Source: Octopus sinensis
Taxonomy: Eukaryota
Direction of reading: 5' to 3'
Assembly: GCF_006345805.1 (NCBI RefSeq)
Contig: NC_042997.1
Coordinates: 42,656,001-42,720,000 of the forward strand
Length of the DNA stretch: 64,000 nucleotides
The position numbers and the translations under genes are program-made. The notes under the pieces were generated by a model. It saw only the letters and a program-made list of their open reading frames with translations, did no database searches and was not told the origin of the DNA. Positions 59,710-64,000 of this stretch are shown piece by piece (positions within the stretch are counted from its first letter, which is position 1; every line of letters starts with the position of its first letter).

Positions 59710-62700
59710 CTATCCAAGAAAGACATTAAAAATATTTTTTCCCCCCATGATTTTGTACACAGCCAGTCTTTAATCATGTGTGTGAATATGGCCTGCTAAC
59801 ATGTAGCATGCTTTCACTTATTGCTTTATGTAGTGTTTCTCATCATGAGCAAACACAGACACTCTCTCAGCCCACTGACCTTTGACCCAGCAGCACATCC
59901 AATATATGACAGTTGGAGTGAGAGAGCTGTACTAACTGCCAACTGGTACTCATTTACAGCTGAGTAGACTAGAACAACATCAAATAAAGTGCTTTACTCA
60001 TACCACCCTGTCCAGAAACTGAACCCCAAACCTTATGATTGTGAACCAAACACCCTAGCCATTAGGCCATATACTTTTACAATTTAATCTGAAAAGGACA
60101 GATAGTGCCTACAACCTTGACTTGTAAAAGTATAAACGGAATTTGTGAAGTGATCGTTGATAATTATAAAACAGTCACAATGCAGTACATGATGCTCTGC
60201 TCAGACTCAGAGAATAGCACAAATTGGAAAATAATGCTCTAGGCATGGCTGGCTGTGAGATTAAAAAGCTTGTTTTGCAACCATGTGGCTTTGAGTTCAG
60301 TCCCACTCTGTGGAACCTTGAGCAAGAGCTTTCTGTTATAGCCTTGGATTGACCAATGCTGTGTGAGTGAATTTGGTAGATGGAAAGTGTGGGGAAACCC
60401 ATTGTGTGAGTGTGTGTGTGTGTTCTTCCTTCCCTCCCCAAGAATCAACAAAAGTGACCACTAGAATAGGTGCTAAACTTAAAAAATAAGAATTGGGGTC
60501 AACCTGTTCAACCAAAACACTTCATGGCAATGTCCTAAACGCAGTCCAATGATTGAAGCAAGCAAAAGATAAAAGGTGATATCGGTCAGCAAGTACAATT
60601 ACAGAGAACAACTATTTTGGTCTCCTTTCTGAAAATCTTATTGTCCACTCCACTATTACCACTCATATTAATATCTGTTTTTCCTATTTCCAGAAAAAGC
60701 TTTCCTCCATTTTTCTGTATCTTCATATTTCACCTATGATATCTAATTTTTCATGTCACCCTGGTTACATAACAACTAGCCAATGGCTAACTCTTCAGTC
60801 AATATAAACCATGTGTAATATGTGTTTATAATTAGGTAGTTCATTAAGGTGCAAGCTAGCAGACTCATTAGCACACCAGGCAAAATGCTAAAGCAGCATT
60901 TCATTCAACCTTATCTTCTGTGTTCAAATTCCGCAAAGGTAGACTTTGCCTTTCATCCTTTGAGAGTCAATGAAATAAGCACCAGTTGAACATGGGTCAA
61001 TGTAATTGACTTATCCTGTTCCCTGAAACTTGTGCCAAAATTTGAAACTATAATTAGGTAGTTCGTTACTAACTTGTGTTTAGTTATAAATGCCTTAATC
61101 CTTTTGTTACCATATTTCCAATGAAATACACAGCCTTTGTTTCTATCAATTTTGAAAATAGCAGTTATTTTACTGATCTCTTCATTATTATCAAGCTGAT
61201 GTTTGGAAGACAAATTAACATGAAATTTTGAAGGGATGCTTTAATTGAGATCACGGTAAAACAGGAAGTTTGTATCAAGGAATCAGGATCAGTCTCAGGT
61301 GGGTTAGTATCAAAAGGGTAAATAATCTCATTCTTAGCAAGTTCCATTCAGTCTTTCAATGCATTCACATACTCTTAAGTCACAGTATTCTACCACCAAT
61401 TTTTTTAAAAAACTACTTCAAGAAAAGCAATCTTGTATAAGAATTTTAATTTGTTTCTTAGAGTGCACAGACCTAATCATAATAAAAGTTTGGTTCTTTC
61501 GGGAACAAAAACTAATAGAGATAATTTAAAAAACAGTGTAGCAATAAGGTCTAGTAGTTTAAATGTTCAGCTTACAGACTAATGGTGAAATTCTGACTCA
61601 AAATCTACTTCAGACATTCTGTTTTGTTGTATGACATCATTTCACTTCTAACAGTTACCCAACTGGATGTAGCTACTGCCCTTAGCCCATGTCTTACATA
61701 TCTGGATTTAAGAAAGGTATTCAGTATAAATTATGCTCTTCCATTAGTTTATACAAATTTGAGATTTTCAGAATCTAATACATGATTCGATTAGGGAAAA
61801 AATAAATATAAACATATTGAGTGTTTTTTAAATCTCAAAAAGATATTACAATGCTTTTTTTATGCTATTTCACTTTTATTAGTCCATCATTATAAAAACA
61901 ACAACAAAGATGACAAACCTAACTAGTTTGTGTGGTCTGTAAGGTATTTTCATTTGTAAATAATACCGTCATGATATGACTCACCCACTGATGAATGTAT
62001 CTGGTTATGTAAAGTTTAAATATAAATCATGATAACTATATGATATAAACAAAATACTAATAGAAAACCTACAATCTTATAATTTTATAAATTCAAGATA
62101 ATCTTACAATAGGAATTCAGTTATGGGCTTGAGCTGGCATAATTGACTCAATTCCTTATCTAAAATGTCATATGTTTTACCTATTTTAAAAATCAGTACT
62201 ACAATCGAAGTTGAAATTCCACCAAGGTTGACTTTGCCCCTCATCACACCACATTCAATAGATAAGTACCAATAATATACCAAAGTTGGTTCAATCAACT
62301 ACACTTCACTCCATAAAGGTTGGTGGCACTCTGTGACAAAATTAGAAATTAATAGCTAAATACATTTCAGTATTTAATTACATCCCTCTATGTACTGAAT
62401 TCAGATCTGAATGAGGAAAATGACATTGCCATTTGTCCATCAAGAGACCACCAAAATAAGTACCAATAATCAGTTGAATAAATTATAAACCATCTTCATA
62501 AATGTGACCCCTACCACCCAGAAATTATTACTGCCATCATCGTTTATGTTAAAATCTTAATGTAAAGAAGAACACAGACAAAGTTATGCAAAAACTAAAA
62601 AAAAAAATACTCTAATAGCCTTTCCATAAAAAAATATTAGTAAGGAACTGTAAAGAATTCTTAAACAAAGTTTACCCATCTAGAAGGCACCTAGTAGGAG

Positions 62701-62837
62701 CCTGTTTGCTATGATACATAAAAAGTCTAAACAAAACACTACAGCTGCACAGTTTCTCAGCTGTGTGTGCATATTCTTGTCAGTTGCCTTTTAAGAGCAG
62801 GAATTTCAAGGGAGGCTGTCACGTGAATTACACATAC

Positions 62838-62892
62838 CTTTAAGTTATTCAAAAGCAAGCAATCAAGAGGATTTATATCAGGAAAATCTTTT
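62838..62892 (-). CDS. Host gene exon (55 nt, phase 2 to 0): KDFPDINPLDCLLLNNLK
   Basis: Long pyrimidine tract and TCTAG acceptor, AAG|GTATGT donor, open frame; the upstream exons lie outside the window. Confidence 0.6.
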
Positions 62893-64000
62893 CTAGATGT
62901 TGTTAACGGTGGGGGGTGGGGGATGGGGAAAGAAAGACAGAAGAAAATAGTGCAGGTGAATGTATGAAGGAACATAGGATGCTGATAAACCAAGTCACTT
63001 TTAATCACAACTTATGCAAAATAATCCATTTAAGTAGCCATTATCTTGTTCTTATTACTCTTAGATGTTCACAGTATTCCACAGACTTCAAATTGGAGGC
63101 AACACAATCTAGTATTTAATCTAGTAAAAATCCAGTAAACGATAGGAAATATCATTTATAATTAATTCCATATGCACCATTGGTCACCCCCCTCTCTTTA
63201 TCCACCATTCACTAGATCTACACCTGAAGCCTATCCAATCAAGTTGTCACCTACTCCTCTCTATCAGTCACTCAACACTTCATTTACTACATTCATCCCC
63301 CCCTCACCCACTCCCTATCTCTCACTCCTGCAATCTCTACCCACCTACATGCCCACTACTTCTGCCTCCACTCACTTCTACTCGCTTTGTAAGTTGAGGG
63401 TTCATACAGACACTTCATCATTACTACTTTTTATCTCTTCCCTGTTCCAGCTTCATTGCCCACACCCACTCTTTTAAAATATGAGTAACCATGTAGCAGC
63501 CTCTACAGCAAGAAATCTGTTTCTGTCCTGGCCTCTTCTCTCATAGTTTTAACTCCTCATCTCCCAGCATAAAGCCACTAGCACTGGTGACATGAAAAAA
63601 GCACTCACTATACAATGAAAAGTGCTTGGCTTTAGGAAGGGTATCCAACTATAGAAACTATACTAAAGTAGACAGTGAAACTCAATGCAGTCCTTGCGTT
63701 CATCAAATCTCATCAAACTGTTCAATCTATACCAACATCGAACACGGGCATATGATGATGAAAGAATTTTTTATTATATACTTTCTATTTACTTATTTAA
63801 ACATGCAGACTAATCTTGAATATAAAAATAATTTTCTATACTAATTTTCTTGCTTTTTTGAAATACTATTTTACATGCTTTTCTATATGAGTTTTGACGA
63901 TGGATGGTCTTTGTAACCACTCAACTGTAAAAGAAACTAATTGTCTAAAGCACAAAGTTACAACCTTGGTGAGGGATATGATACAAAGACATAGTCTGTT

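Overview
AT-rich, repeat-saturated animal genomic DNA. The repeat landscape suggests a coleoid cephalopod such as Octopus; this is an inference, not something the sequence proves. Most of the window (about 20.9-62.9 kb) is a long-intron protein-coding gene on the minus strand that I cannot name. It can be assembled from 10 phase-compatible exons, several of them only 25-70 nt, encoding a hydrophobic helix followed by a long Ser/acidic, probably disordered tail. A CpG-rich, promoter-like island at about 11.7-12.1 kb suggests a second gene starts there. The rest is transposable-element material: a near-complete CR1-clade LINE (0.85-4.66 kb), many RTE LINE pieces (one twin-primed inversion, one SINE-RTE chimera, one with an A/B 60-bp array), a young tRNA-derived SINE family with clean TSDs, several mariners, a hAT fossil, piggyBac-like MITEs and Helentron-like elements. 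The most unusual signal is four Penelope/retrozyme-like insertions carrying type I hammerhead ribozyme motifs, each attached to a long fold-back inverted repeat. One has an essentially complete core (50496-50546) and one shows a circularly permuted ~350-nt monomer (15375-15874). There are no rRNA genes, true tRNA genes or CRISPR arrays.
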